Positions 17,882 through 29,334 are shown, counted from the first letter of the stretch. The stretch is 64,000 nt of DNA from an uncultured Alphaproteobacteria bacterium (GCA_963777475.1 CAVZQX010000078.1:23006-87005), one strand, 5' to 3'. The notes: generated by a model not told the origin, from the sequence alone. Numbers and translations are program-made.

Positions 17882-19778
17882 ATGACGACCACCGATGCCG
17901 CGACCGATGCCGCTCTGGTGTCTCAGCCATTCCAGGCCGAGGTCTCCGAACTGTTGCACCTGATGGTGCACTCGGTCTATTCGGAGACCGATATTTTCCT
18001 GCGCGAACTGATCTCGAACGCGTCGGATGCCTGCGACAAGCTGCGCTATGAGGCGATCGCCAACGCCCGCGCTGATCGGCGACGGCGAGGCGCCGAAAAT
18101 CCGCATCGCGCCGAACAAGAAGGGCGATACGCTGACGGTTGCCGATACCGGCATCGGCATGGACCGGCAGGAGCTGATCGACAATCTCGGCACCATCGCC
18201 CGCTCCGGCACCAAGGCGTTCGTGGCGAGACTCAGCGAGGCCAAGGACGGCAGTGGCCTGATCGGCCAGTTCGGCGTCGGCTTCTATTCCGCCTTCATGG
18301 TGGCCGACCGCATCGTCGTCACCAGCCGCCGCGCCGGCCACGACGAAGTCTGGACCTGGTCGTCGTCCGGCGGCGCGGGTTTTGAAGTCGCGCCGGCCAG
18401 CGAAGACGACGCCAAGCGCGTCACGCGCGGGACCGAGATCGTGCTGCATCTGAAGCCGGATGCCGCCAAATATCTCGAAGCCCACGAGATCGAGCGCATC
18501 GTCGGCGCCTATTCCGACAACATCCAGTTTCCGATCTGGCTCGCTCCCGAAGAGGGCGAGCCGCGCCAGATCAATTCGGCGAGCGCGCTGTGGCAGCGCC
18601 CGAAATCCGAACTCAAGGCCGAAGATTACACCCAGGCCTACAAGTCGATCGCCAATGCCTTCGACGAGCCGGCGATGACGCTGCATTACCGCGCCGAAGG
18701 GCGGTATTCCTACGCGGTGCTGTTGTTCGCGCCGTCGACCAAACCGTTCGACCTGTTCGAGCCGGCGCGCAAGGGCAAGGTCAAGCTCTATGTGCGGCGG
18801 GTCTTCATCACCGACGATGCCGAGCTGTTGCCCGCCTATCTGCGCTTCATCCGCGGCGTCATCGACAGCGAGGATCTGCCGCTCAATATCTCGCGCGAGA
18901 TGCTGCAGAACAATCCGCAGCTCGCGCAGATCCGCAAGGCGGTCACCAGCCGCGTCGTCAGCGAACTGGAGACGCTGGGCGACAAGGAGCCCGAGAGTTT
19001 CGACAAGATCTGGGACGCCTTCGGTCCCGTGATCAAGGAAGGCATCTACGAAGATTTCGAGCGGCGCGACAAATTGCTGGCGCTGTCGCGGTTTTCCGAC
19101 CACCATCGGGCGAAAGGCGCTCGCTCAAGCAATATGTCGCGGACCTGAAACCCAACCAGACCGAAATCTATTTCCTGGTCGGCGACAGCATCGAGCGGCT
19201 GAAATCCAATCCGCGGCTGGAAGCGGCCGCCGCGCGCGGCATCGAGGTGCTGCTGTTGACCGATGCGGTCGATGCGTTCTGGACCTCGGCGCGGCTCGAA
19301 TTCGAGGGCAAGCCGCTGAAGTCGCTGAGCCAGGGCGACCTCAATCTCGATCTGGTTCCGCTGGTCGATGAAAAGACCAAGGACGAGTCCGCGCCCGCGG
19401 CCGACGAGGCGACGACGATCGCGGCCATCAAGGCAAGCCTGGGCGATCGCGTCACCGACGTGAAGGCCTCGACCCGGCTGACCACCAGCGCCTCCTGCCT
19501 GGTCGCCGGCAGTCACGGGCCCGACCGCGAGCTGGAGCGGATCCTGTCGCAGCAGGCCCGCGGCGTCCGGACCAAGCCGATCCTGGAGATCAACCTGCGG
19601 CATCCGCTGGTGGCGGCGATCGCCAAGGCGCAGGCGGAGCAAGCCAAGACCGTCGACGACCTGTCGCTATTGCTGCTTGGAGCAGGCGCAGATCCTCGAC
19701 GGCGAATTGCCGGAAGATCCCGCGGCGTTCACGGCGCGGCTCAATCGGCTGGTGCTGCAGGGCGTGGGAGGCGGATAG
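17882..19778 (+). pseudogene. htpG: Hsp90-family chaperone HtpG, reading frame broken at about 18066, 19098, 19109 and 19680
   Basis: [32 protein letters not shown] and the C-terminal [26 protein letters not shown] are all present. They are spread over three frames (ORFs 17822.., 18027.., 18590.., with the final frame ending TAG 19776-19778). Confidence 0.9.
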
Positions 19779-19788
19779 ACTGCCGCTT

Positions 19789-19907
19789 CCGTCATTGCGA
19801 GGAGCGCTTGCGACGAAGCAATCCACCTTTCTCGCGGCGACATGGATTGCTTCGCGGAGCCTGTCATCGGGCGCGCATTCGCGCGACCCGTTGGCTCGCA
19901 ATGACGG
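19789..19907. repeat. CGTCAT-ended palindromic (MITE/REP-like) element
   Basis: Perfect 13-bp terminal inverted repeats CCGTCATTGCGAG / CTCGCAATGACGG. There is an internal inverted pair GAAGCAATCCA / TGGATTGCTTC. It lies between the convergent htpG and Bug genes. Confidence 0.7.
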
Positions 19908-19924
19908 TTAGTGCGAGCCGCGCC

Positions 19925-20911
19925 TCACTCCTTCCTCACCCCCGACATTTCCACCACCCTGCGCCAGCGCTCGGTTTCGGCTGCGAGCATGGCGCCGAAC
20001 TCGGTGGCGTTGCCGGTGATCGGGATGGCGCCGAGCTCGGCGATGCGTTGCTTGATGGTGGGATCAGCCAGCGCCGCGTTGATCTCCCTGTTCAGGAGGT
20101 CGACGATCTCGCGCGGCGTATCGCGCGGCGCGCCGACGCCATAGAACGAGCTGGTCTCATAGCCCGGCAGCGCATCGGCTATCGGCGGCACGTCGGGCAG
20201 GATTTCCGAGCGCTCATGCGTGGTGACGCCGAGCGCGCGCAGCTTGCCGGCGCGCACGAATTCAAATGAGGACGTGACATTGTCGAACATGCCCTGAATC
20301 TGGCCGGACATCACGTCGGTCAACCCCGGTGCCGAGCCGCGATAGGGCACATGGGTGAAGGCGACGCCGGCCATCGCCTTGAACAGTTCGCCGGACAGAT
20401 GCAGCGAGGTGCCGACACCGGAAGAGGCAATCGAGAGCTTGTTCGGATTGGCTTTGGCATAGGCGATGAATTCGGCGACGTCGTGCGCGGGCAGGTCGTT
20501 GTTGACCACCAGCAGCAGCGGAATCCGGGCAACGCCCGCGACCGGCGCGATGGCCTTGGCAAAGTCGAACGGCAACGTCGGGTCGAAGGAAGCGTTGATC
20601 GCATTCGCGGTCGAGGTGAGCAGCAGGGTGTAACCGTCCGGGGCTGCTGAAATCACCGCCTGCGTGCCGATGTTGCTGCCGGCGCCGGGCTTGTTCTCGA
20701 CCACGAAGGGCTGGCCCAGCCGTTCGGCCAAGTGCTGGCAGATCAGGCGCGACAGCACGTCGGTCGCGCCGCCCGCGGTGTAAGGCACCACCCATTTCAC
20801 GGCGTGCGAGGGATAAGGTAAATCCGCGCGCGCTGGCACCGGAAATTCAGTGGCGAACAGCGCCGTGGCGGCGCTGGCCGCCGATTGAAGGAAGGCTCTC
20901 TTGCTGATCAT
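19925..20911 (-). CDS. Bug-family (TctC-like) tripartite tricarboxylate transporter substrate-binding protein
   Basis: 328-aa intact ORF with a signal peptide and a [11 protein letters not shown]...[13 protein letters not shown] motif. Confidence 0.9.
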   Translation of the reverse strand: MISKRAFLQSAASAATALFATEFPVPARADLPYPSHAVKWVVPYTAGGATDVLSRLICQHLAERLGQPFVVENKPGAGSNIGTQAVISAAPDGYTLLLTSTANAINASFDPTLPFDFAKAIAPVAGVARIPLLLVVNNDLPAHDVAEFIAYAKANPNKLSIASSGVGTSLHLSGELFKAMAGVAFTHVPYRGSAPGLTDVMSGQIQGMFDNVTSSFEFVRAGKLRALGVTTHERSEILPDVPPIADALPGYETSSFYGVGAPRDTPREIVDLLNREINAALADPTIKQRIAELGAIPITGNATEFGAMLAAETERWRRVVEMSGVRKE

Positions 20912-21202
20912 GTCGGCCAGGTCTTTGTTTGATGCCCATTGTCACGCTAGGCCAACATCGCAAGAATTGGGCCAACCCGCACGGCGTTCCGGTCATCGTG
21001 GTAAAGGTGGGGTACACCCGCGGCGGTCTTTGAATCCGAATTTGGAATTTGAAAAGCCGTCTCATCGGAATTCTTGGATAACAATCGACAAACCCGGACC
21101 ACCGGCATTTCCACGATGACCCCGGACGCATCGCGGACGTGTCAAGATCGACGCGAGACATGGACGGCTCCCTGCGCATCCATGCCGCGATGGGGACGAT
21201 GC

Positions 21203-22808
21203 TCAATGGCCGACGTGAACGGGGCCACCGAGCTTGACCTTGCGCAGGGTCAGCGCCAGCGGCACGGCCGCAAGCGAGATCAGCATCAGCACCCAGAACG
21301 CATCGACGTAGGCCAGGAACGATGCCTGCGTCTGCACCTGCTGTCCGATCCACTGCGATCGCCTGGTCATGCGCCTGCGCCAGCGAGCTGCCATGGGCGG
21401 TGAAGAAATTCGTGATCTGCTGCAGGGTGTCCTGATATTGCGTGCTCGACGGGATCACCTGCTCGACCAGCCGGCTCTGGTGGAACTGCTCGCGATGCGT
21501 CAGCACGTTGGAGACGATGGAGACGCCGATCGAGCCGCCGGTGTTGCGCGCGGCGTTGATCAGCGCGGAGGCCTGGTCGGTCTTGGAAGGCGGAATGCCG
21601 TCATAGGATGCGGCCATGATCGGCACGAAGATCAGCGGCAGGCCGACGCCGAGCAGCATGCGCGACCGCGCCATGAACCAGAAGCCGAGATCGCCGTAGA
21701 CGTTGGTCATGCTCGTACATCGAGAGCGCGATGACCAGCGCGCCGGCGATGATCAGATATTTGGGCTGCATCTTGGCCGCCAAACGGCCGACGACGAACA
21801 TCATCGCCATGGTGACCACGCCGCCCGGCGACAGCACGAGGCCGGCCCAGGTGGCGGTATAGCCGAAATCCTGCTGCACCAGCTGCGGCAGGAATTGCGT
21901 GGTCGCGAGCAGGATGGCGCCGGTCGCCAGCATCACCAGGAAGCAGGCGCCGAACTGGCGGCGTTGCCACCATCCGCAAGTCGATCATCGGATTGCGGCG
22001 CGTCATTTCCCACGGGATCATCAACACGAACGCCACGCCACAGACGACCGCGAACGTGACGATGAAGGGTGAGCCGAACCAGTCATCCTCCAGGCCGCGG
22101 TCGAGCACGACCTCGAGCGCGCCGAGGAAGGTCGCAACCAGCATGAAGCCGACGAAGTCGAACCCGTTGCCCTGCCGCTGGAGCTCGTCCTTCGCACGCG
22201 CGGTCGCGGGCTCGCGCAGGACCAGCGCAATCACCGCCATCGCGAACACACCGACCGGACCGTTGATCAGAAAGCACCAGTGCCAGGACGAGATTGTCGG
22301 ACAGCCAGCCGCCGAGCGTCGGCCCGACCACCGGTGCCACCACCACGGCAACGCCGAACACCGCGAAGGCCTGGCCGCGCTTTGCCGGCGGAAACGCATC
22401 CGCCAGGATCGACTGAGCGACCGGCACCATGCCGCCGCCGCCAAGGCCTTGCAGGATGCGAAACAGCAACAGCGCGTTCAGATTCCGGGCAAACCCGCAC
22501 AGCAGCGAGCTCACGGTGAACAGCCCGAGACAGATCAGGAAGAAGGTCTTGCGGCCCAGCATCCGGGCAAGGAAGCTGGAGGCGGTCAGGATGATGGCGT
22601 TGGAGACGAGATAGGTGGTGACCACCCAGGACGCTTCGTCCTCGCTCACCCCCATCCCGCCGGCGATGTAGGGCAATGCCACGTTGGCGATGGTGGTGTC
22701 GAGCACCTCCATGAAGCTCGCGAGCGCGACCACGATGGCAATCAGCCAGGGGTTGGCGGCGACGCTTGGGGCAGCGAAGTCGTCGGCTTCGATCGCCGCG
22801 GCGCTCAT
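21203..22808 (-). pseudogene. emrB: DHA2-type MFS multidrug efflux permease (EmrB/QacA family), four single-base insertions (about 22289, 21960, 21710, 21356)
   Basis: A continuous EmrB-like sequence can be read across five ORF fragments. They run from LDTTIANVALPYIAGG, through SWHWCFLINGPVG, MLATGAILLATTQFLPQLVQ and MTNVYGDLGFWF, to QWIGQQVQTQASFLAYVDAFW. Confidence 0.85.
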
Positions 22809-24124
22809 AGCAACCTCCCCAGGCGCTCGAGCAGCGATGGCGTGGGATCGATCCGCACCGTCGGAACCACCGACATGCCCGGCCCGATCGCGACATCGGC
22901 CGGCGGATCATCCATGATGATCTTGACCGGCACCCGCTGCACGATCTTGACGTAGTTGCCGGTGGCATTCTGGGCCGGCAGCAGCGAGAACGCGGTGCCG
23001 GATCCGGGTTGAACGCTGTCGATATGGCCGCGGATCGTGCGTCCCGGATAGGCGTCGATCTTGAGCGTCACAGGCTCTCCGGGCCGCATCCGGTCGAGCT
23101 GAATCTCCTTGAAGTTCGCCGTGACCCAGATTTCGTCCGGCACGAACATGGTCAGGTCTGTGCCCGGTTGTGCGAATTGGCCGACGGCGGCTGAGAGGTT
23201 GACGACGCGTCCCGGCTGAGCGGCGGTGACCGTCGTGTAGGACAGATTGAGTTCCGCCTGGTCGTGCTGGGCCTGGGCTTGTGCGAGGCTCGCGACAGCG
23301 CTCTTGCGTTGCGCCGTCAGCGCCTCGACTTGGCGCTGCGCCAGATTCAGGGTTGCTCGCGCGCTCAGAAGCGCTGCCTGCTGCTGATGCAGTTGCGAAG
23401 TGTACTGCTCGGAGTTCTGAACCGTGCCATAGCCGGTTTGCTCCAGGTGCTGGTAGCGCGCCGCCTGTTGCTGTGCGAACACCAGCGCCGCCTGCGCCTG
23501 CTCGACTTGGGCCTGGTTGGCGGCGATCTGGGCCTGCTGCACATCGAGCTGCGCGTCGATGTTTTCGATGCTGGCCTGCGCGGCCGCGACCTGTGCCGCC
23601 GCCTGCGCGAGCGCGACGCGATAGTCGCGGTCATCGAGATGGGCGATCACGTCGCCGGCGGCGACATGTTCGTTGTCGGTGACGGGAACCGCGGTGATGT
23701 AGCCGGAGACTTTGGGGGCGAGCGCGGACTGCCGCGCCGCGATAAAGGCGTCGTCGGTGGACTCGAAATGCTTTGCGTAGTCCATATAGAGATACCCGCC
23801 AGCGATCGTCGAGGCCAGAAGCACGGCGCCGATGGCGGAGACAAAGGGGCGGCGATGCAGGAAGCCGCTCCGGCGCTCTTTGCCGGTGGCATGCGGCTGA
23901 GCTGCTTCCGGCTGAACCGGTGAGGCAGGCTCTTTGGCAGCCGGGCTTTCGTTCGGGGTGCGAGCCCGCTCGGTGAGGTCGGGTTTGCCGGACGCGACGC
24001 CTGACTGCTGTGAGGCCGGGGCCGATCGCGGGCTCTCGATCTCCGCGCGCGCCGGCTCGTCCCGTTCCAAAACACTGTCTTCGAACATGATTGCCGCTCC
24101 TGCTGTCAGGCGAGGTCGCATCAT
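22805..24124 (-). CDS. emrA: HlyD-family membrane fusion protein (EmrA-like)
   Basis: Intact ORF with one N-terminal TM helix, a long coiled-coil (AQAAAQVAAAQASIENIDAQLDVQQAQIAANQAQ) and a barrel-sandwich C-terminus. Its stop overlaps the emrB start (ATGA). The start may be ATG 24088. Confidence 0.85.
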   Translation of the reverse strand: MMRPRLTAGAAIMFEDSVLERDEPARAEIESPRSAPASQQSGVASGKPDLTERARTPNESPAAKEPASPVQPEAAQPHATGKERRSGFLHRRPFVSAIGAVLLASTIAGGYLYMDYAKHFESTDDAFIAARQSALAPKVSGYITAVPVTDNEHVAAGDVIAHLDDRDYRVALAQAAAQVAAAQASIENIDAQLDVQQAQIAANQAQVEQAQAALVFAQQQAARYQHLEQTGYGTVQNSEQYTSQLHQQQAALLSARATLNLAQRQVEALTAQRKSAVASLAQAQAQHDQAELNLSYTTVTAAQPGRVVNLSAAVGQFAQPGTDLTMFVPDEIWVTANFKEIQLDRMRPGEPVTLKIDAYPGRTIRGHIDSVQPGSGTAFSLLPAQNATGNYVKIVQRVPVKIIMDDPPADVAIGPGMSVVPTVRIDPTPSLLERLGRLL

Positions 24125-24142
24125 GGCCTCGCATTAAAAAAA

Positions 24143-24160
24143 CGAAACGGTACCGTTTCG
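24143..24160. promoter_or_regulatory. Candidate TetR operator 1 (emrAB/tetR divergent region)
   Basis: Perfect 18-bp palindrome CGAAACGGTACCGTTTCG. Confidence 0.5.
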
Positions 24161-24198
24161 ATCTTGCAAATAATCCTCCCCGAAGGCACCGTCAATAG

Positions 24199-24217
24199 GA
24201 ACGAAACTGTTTCGTTC
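24199..24217. promoter_or_regulatory. Candidate TetR operator 2
   Basis: Perfect 9-1-9 palindrome GAACGAAACTGTTTCGTTC. It shares the CGAAAC/GTTTCG half-sites with operator 1. Confidence 0.5.
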
Positions 24218-24296
24218 TATTTACAAACAGTTGTGATATGGCGTAAATTGACGTGCGCCGCCGACCAGCGGTGGAGCGGAATCTGGAAAAATCGCG

Positions 24297-25010
24297 ATGG
24301 AAACCAATGGTTTGAAGAAAGCACCGGTGGCGAAGCGGCGCCCTGCAGAGCGCGCCGCGGTGCGCTTTGGCCGCCCGCCGAAGGAGCGCGCCGGGGAGGT
24401 GGATGCGCGCATCCTCGATGCGGCGCGCAAGGTCTTTCTGGAGCGCGGATTTGAAGGCGCGAGCATCGACGAGATCGCCGAAGTAGCGCGCTCGGGAAAG
24501 CCCACGATCTACGCCCGCTTCCGCGACAAACGGGCGCTGTTCACCGGAGTGGTGACACGGGACATCCTTTCCCGCATCGCGGAGTTCAAGGTCGAGGTGC
24601 CGACCGGCGCAACCATCGAGGAGCGCCTCACGAGTGCGGCGATTACGCTGCTGCACTGGGGTTTGAACGGCGACAGGATCGGGCTGATGCGGCTGGCCGT
24701 AGCGGAAGCACGCCGGTTCCCCGATCTGGCCGCCAGCGTCAGCCGGACGGCGCGTGATCTCAGTACCGAACTCGGGGCCCACCTGCTGGGCCAGTTGACC
24801 CAATCCGACGAACTCAGATCGCTGCCAGCCTTCGCCCCGGAGCGCCTGGCAACGACCGCGCGGTTCTTCCTCGATGTCGTCGCCGTGCCGATGCTGCTCC
24901 GGGCGCTGTTCGAGGTGAACCTCAAGACGCTGGACGCAGAGATCGACACCCACGTGGCGCGCAGTGTTGCGTTCTTTCTTGCCGCCTGCAGGAACGGCGG
25001 GGTGGGTTGA
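24297..25010 (+). CDS. TetR/AcrR family regulator (divergent from emrAB)
   Basis: 237-aa intact ORF with the HTH ASIDEIAEVARSGKPTIYARFRDKRALF. Confidence 0.9.
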   Translation: METNGLKKAPVAKRRPAERAAVRFGRPPKERAGEVDARILDAARKVFLERGFEGASIDEIAEVARSGKPTIYARFRDKRALFTGVVTRDILSRIAEFKVEVPTGATIEERLTSAAITLLHWGLNGDRIGLMRLAVAEARRFPDLAASVSRTARDLSTELGAHLLGQLTQSDELRSLPAFAPERLATTARFFLDVVAVPMLLRALFEVNLKTLDAEIDTHVARSVAFFLAACRNGGVG

Positions 25011-25249
25011 GTTTCACGAAACCATCGGGAGCGCCGGCTCGGCAACCTGAAGCGATACGTTGTCTCGCGAGGTCCGAACTTCGGTCTGGGATGCATCCCA
25101 ACGCGGACGTCCGCCGACTACTCCCAACTTATGCTTCAAGCCCTTGCCCGACGGGCAAATCACTCCCGCGCGCAAAAACCTGTCCAGCCCCCGCGCAAAA
25201 AATATTTCGCTTTTTCAGAAACCCAAATCAGTCGTATGTTCGCAACCGT

Positions 25250-25655
25250 CCCCGCCCGATCAGAGGGGCGTATCGCGATCGTCACGGACGTTGGGCAGGG
25301 ATGCGGTGGACGCGGCAGCGGCGCGAGACGAGCGGCGCTGAAGCGGACGGCGAAGTCGTGTGGTCCTGGCGCCCCGACGCTGGCGCTAAGTTTTCGCGGG
25401 AAGCAATTCCTGCGAAAGTGACGGGGGCAAAAGAGCCCGGTCCCCGGGGAGAGCGCGTATAAGCTGTTAAAACCATTGCGCGGGGAATGCCGGGTGATTC
25501 CGGTGTGACCTGACTAACGCGTGTGCCTTTTACTTTCTGCCATCGCACACGCGGCTATCGGGCGCATCGGGCGCCCGGCATTCCCTGCGCCCTCTCATTC
25601 GAGGGACATGTCTTGCAAAGCTCGGGCACATGCCGCGAGAGCGCGAAGGTGTGTT
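25250..25655. repeat. Long dispersed intergenic repeat (full-length copy)
   Basis: Non-coding-looking ~400-bp block. Its 3' third (25514-25650) is repeated at 3331-3460. It contains a 9-bp perfect hairpin CGCGTGTGC...GCACACGCG and a CCCTC...GAGGG hairpin. Confidence 0.55.
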
Positions 25656-25670
25656 TGCGCCATCCCCCAG

Positions 25671-25774
25671 CCGTCATCGCGCGCGAATGCGGGCGATCCA
25701 GTATCCCAGAGACGGCGAAGTGAAATCGACGGGCCTCGCCATACTGGCTCGCCCGGTCAAGCCGCGCGATGACG
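25671..25774. repeat. CGTCAT-ended palindromic (MITE/REP-like) element
   Basis: Termini CCGTCATCGCGCGCGAATGCGGGCGATCCAGTA / TACTGGCTCGCCCGG..GCCGCGCGATGACG. Same family as 60115-60216. Confidence 0.65.
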
Positions 25775-25838
25775 ACAGAGCAAGCTGTTTGACATTGAAA
25801 TCGCGCCCGCCCTGGGCCGCCGCGGATGCGACATCGCA

Positions 25839-28800
25839 CTATTCCGCGGCGTGCTTGATCTCCTCGGCGGCAAGCTCGGAATCCTCAACCTTGCCTCCCA
25901 TCCAGCGCGTCATCGCGTTCGAGAGATTGTCGAGATAAAGATAGATCACCGGCGTCGTGAACAGCGTCAGCGCCTGGCTGACGACAAGGCCGCCGACCAT
26001 CGCATAGCCGAGCGGCTGGCGGATTTCAGACCCCGTTCCGGTGCCCAGCATCAGCGGTACGCCGCCGAGCAGCGCCGCCATCGTCGTCATCATGATCGGG
26101 CGAAACCGCAGGATCGCGGCCTTGCGGATCGATTCCCGCGGCGACAGATGCTGCTCGCGTTCGGCCGCGATCGCGAAGTCGACCATCATGATGCCGTTCT
26201 TCTTGACGATGCCGATCAGGAGGATAATCCCGATCAGGGCGATCAGGCTGAAATCGAAGCCGAACGCCATCAGGATCGCCAGCGCGCCGACGCCGGCCGA
26301 GGGCAGGGTCGAGAGGATCGTCAGCGGGTGGATGTAGCTTTCATAGAGCACGCCGAGGATCAGATAGACCACGACCAGCGCCGCGAGGATCAGCAGCGGC
26401 ACCGTGCCGAGCGACTGCTGGAACGCCTGCGCGGTGCCCTGGAAGCTCGAGCTGAGTGTCGGGGGCGCACCCATCGTGGCCATCGCCTTCTGCACCGCAC
26501 CGGTGGCCTGGCCGAGGGCTACGCCCTGGCCGAGGTTGAAGCTGATGGTGATCGCCGGAAACTGGCCCTGATGCGCGATCGAGAGCGGGCGCACCGGCAC
26601 CGTCGTCCATTTGCAGAACACCGACAACGGCACCTCGTCGCCCGTCGCCGGCGACTTGATATAGAGCTTGGCGAGCGTGTCGACGCTGCCCTGCAGGTCG
26701 GGCAGGATTTCCAGGACGACGTGATAGCTGTTGAGCTGGGTGAAATATTGCGTGACCTGGCGCTGGCCGAACGCGTCGTACAGCGTGTCGTCGATCAGTT
26801 GCGGCTGGATGCCGTAGCGCGAGGCGGTGTCGCGGTCGATGGTCAGTGTCAGCGTCGTGCCCTCGGTCTGCTGGTCGGTGGCGACGTCGCGCAACTCGGG
26901 CAGCTTCTGCATCCTGGCCAGGATCTTCGGCGCCCACTCGTTCAATTCGTCGAGATTGGCATCCTGCAGCGTGAATTCGAATTGCGTCCGCGTGGCGCGG
27001 CCGCCGAGCCGCACGTCCTGCGAGGCCTGCATGTAGAGCCGGGCGCCCTCGACCTTTTCCAGCTTCGGCCGCAGCCGCGCAATGATCTGCTGCGCGTCGG
27101 CGTCGCGCTCTTCGTGCGGCTTCAGCGTGACATACATGCGGCCCGAATTGAGCGCGGTGCCGCCGCCGCCGATGAACATGGCGATGCTGTCGACGGCGGG
27201 ATCGGCCTGCACGATCTGGCTCAGTTCCTCCTGGTGCCGCTTCATGTCGGCAAACGAAATGTCCTGCGATGCCTCCGATACCCCGGTCAGAAAGCCGTTG
27301 TCCTGCTGCGGAAAGAATCCCTTCGGGATGATGACGAACAGATAGACCGACAGTGCCACCGTCGCGAAGAAGATGCACAGCGTCGTCAGGCTGCGGCGCA
27401 GGGCGAGGTCGAGGCCGCGCTCATAGGCGTGCAGCATCTGTTCGAACGCCCGCTCGCTCCATTGATAGAACCGGCCGTGCCTGGTTTCGCTGTGCGCGCG
27501 CAGGAAGCGCGAAGCCATCATCGGGGTCAGCGTCAGCGACACCACCAGCGAGACGAAGATCGCCATCGCCAGCGTCACCGCGAATTCGCGGAACAGCCGG
27601 CCGATGACGCCGCCCATCAGGAGCAGCGGGATCAGCACCGCCACCAGCGAGACGCTGATCGAGACGATGGTGAAGCCGATTTCGCTGGCGCCCTTGAAGG
27701 CAGCGGCGAGCGGCTGTTCGCCCTGCTCGACATAGCGGGTGATGTTTTCCAGCATCACGATGGCGTCGTCGACGACGAACCCGACCGCGATCGTCAGCGC
27801 CATCAGCGAGAGATTGTCGAGCGTATAGCCGAACGCCCACATCAGCGCGCAGGCGCCCAGCAGCGCAAGCGGCACCGTGATGGCCGGAATCACCGTCGCC
27901 CAGAAGCTGCGCAGGAAGATGAAGATCACCATCACCACCAGCACGATGGTGATCAGGAGCGTGATCTGCACGTCCTCGACCGCGGCGCGGATGGTCAGCG
28001 TGCGGTCGCTGATGATCTTGATCTTGATCGCCGGCGGTATCGCCGCGATCAATCGCGGAAGCTGCGCCTTGATCCGGTCGACGGTGTCGATGACGTTGGC
28101 GCCGGGTTGCTTGAAGATGACCAGGAACACGCCGCGCTTGCCGTCGGCCCAGGCGGCCTGCTTCATGTCTTCCGGCCCGGCGATGGCCCGGCCGATGTCG
28201 CGAATCCGCAACGGTCCGCCGTTGCGATAGGCGATGATGACGTCGTTCCAGTCCTTGGGGTCCAGAAGCTGGTCGTTGGCGTAGATCGTGTAGGCGCGCT
28301 TCTCGCCGTCGAGATTGCCCTTCGGGCTGTCGACGGTGGTGATCGCGATCTGGTTGCGGACGTCTTCCAGCGACAGGCCCTTGGCCACCAGCTTCGCGGG
28401 GTCGATCTGGACCCGGATCGCGGGCTTCTGCTGGCCGCCGATGAACACCTGGGCCACGCCGGAAATCTGGCTGATCTGTTGCCCGAGCTGGGCGTCGACC
28501 GCATCGCTCACCCGATCAGCGGCAGCGTGTCCGACGTCGCCGACAGCAACAGGATCGGCGAGTCCGCCGGATTGACCTTGCGGTAGGTCGGCGGCGAGGG
28601 GAGATTCTTCGGCAATTGTCCGCTGGCGGCGTTGATGGCGCCCTGGATGTCGTTGGCGGCGCCGTCGATGTTGCGGTTGAGGTCGAACTGGATGGTGACG
28701 GCGGTCGAGCCCAGCGAACTCGTCGAGGTCATCTGCGCGATGCCGGGAATTTGCGCGAGCTGGCGCTCCAGCGGCTGCGCCACCGAGGAGGCCATGGTCT

Positions 28801-28975
28801 CCGGGCTGCCGCCGGGCAGCGCGGCGGAGACCTGGATGGTCGGGAAGTCGACCTGCGGCAGCGGCGCGACCGGAAGCAGCGGATAGGCGACGATGCCGAC
28901 GAACAGGATGCCGGCCATCAACAGCGACGTTCCGATCGGGTAGCGGATAAACGGCGAGGAGATGCTTTCGTTCAT
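25839..28975 (-). pseudogene. RND (HAE1, MdtB/MdtC/AcrB-like) efflux permease, one missing base near 28513
   Basis: The N-terminus [22 protein letters not shown]...SDTLPLI (ORF 28508..29002) joins [23 protein letters not shown]... of the 1075-aa ORF 25839..29066. The length and TM pattern match an RND permease. Confidence 0.85.
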
Positions 28976-29290
28976 GCCCGGTTCCAGCGAACGGCGGCGC
29001 ATCTTCTCCCGAAAGCCGGGAGTCGTGCCCGAAAGGTTCGGGCACGAATGTGCGTTTCCTCGCCATAAATCAGCAGGTTCTCAAGGAATCAGCTTCCCGC
29101 GACCTGCCTGTTGGGCGGCAGCTAACCACTCCGCACTTCGTTGCGCGAATCGAAAGGTTGGCCGGTTCATTCGACCTTCGTCCTATCGACGATTGGCCCC
29201 CTGACCGTCGATAGCCGGCTGTCGTTCCGCCAGCGGCAAGGTCGCCTTCTTAACTGTGCCGGTTAACACTCGATCAGGCCAATCGGCCTA

Positions 29291-29316
29291 TAGATGGCCA
29301 GTCTTAGATGGCCAGT
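29291..29316. repeat. Tandem direct repeat TAGATGGCCAGT x2
   Basis: The 12-mer occurs at 29291-29302 and 29305-29316 (14-bp period), 19 nt upstream of the FATP-type gene start. Confidence 0.5.
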
Positions 29317-29334
29317 TTCAACCCATGGTCAGTC

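Noticed and set aside
25851-28586. Very long antisense ORFs (for example 25851..28586 +, 16558..17892 -, 8522..9832 -, 37641..38855 -, 29348..31015 -, 43492..44748 -, 17688..19106 -)
   Set aside because: - They lie opposite strongly family-typical genes and are Arg/Gly/His/Asp-rich low-complexity translations.
- They are the expected stop-codon-poor shadow frames of high-GC DNA.
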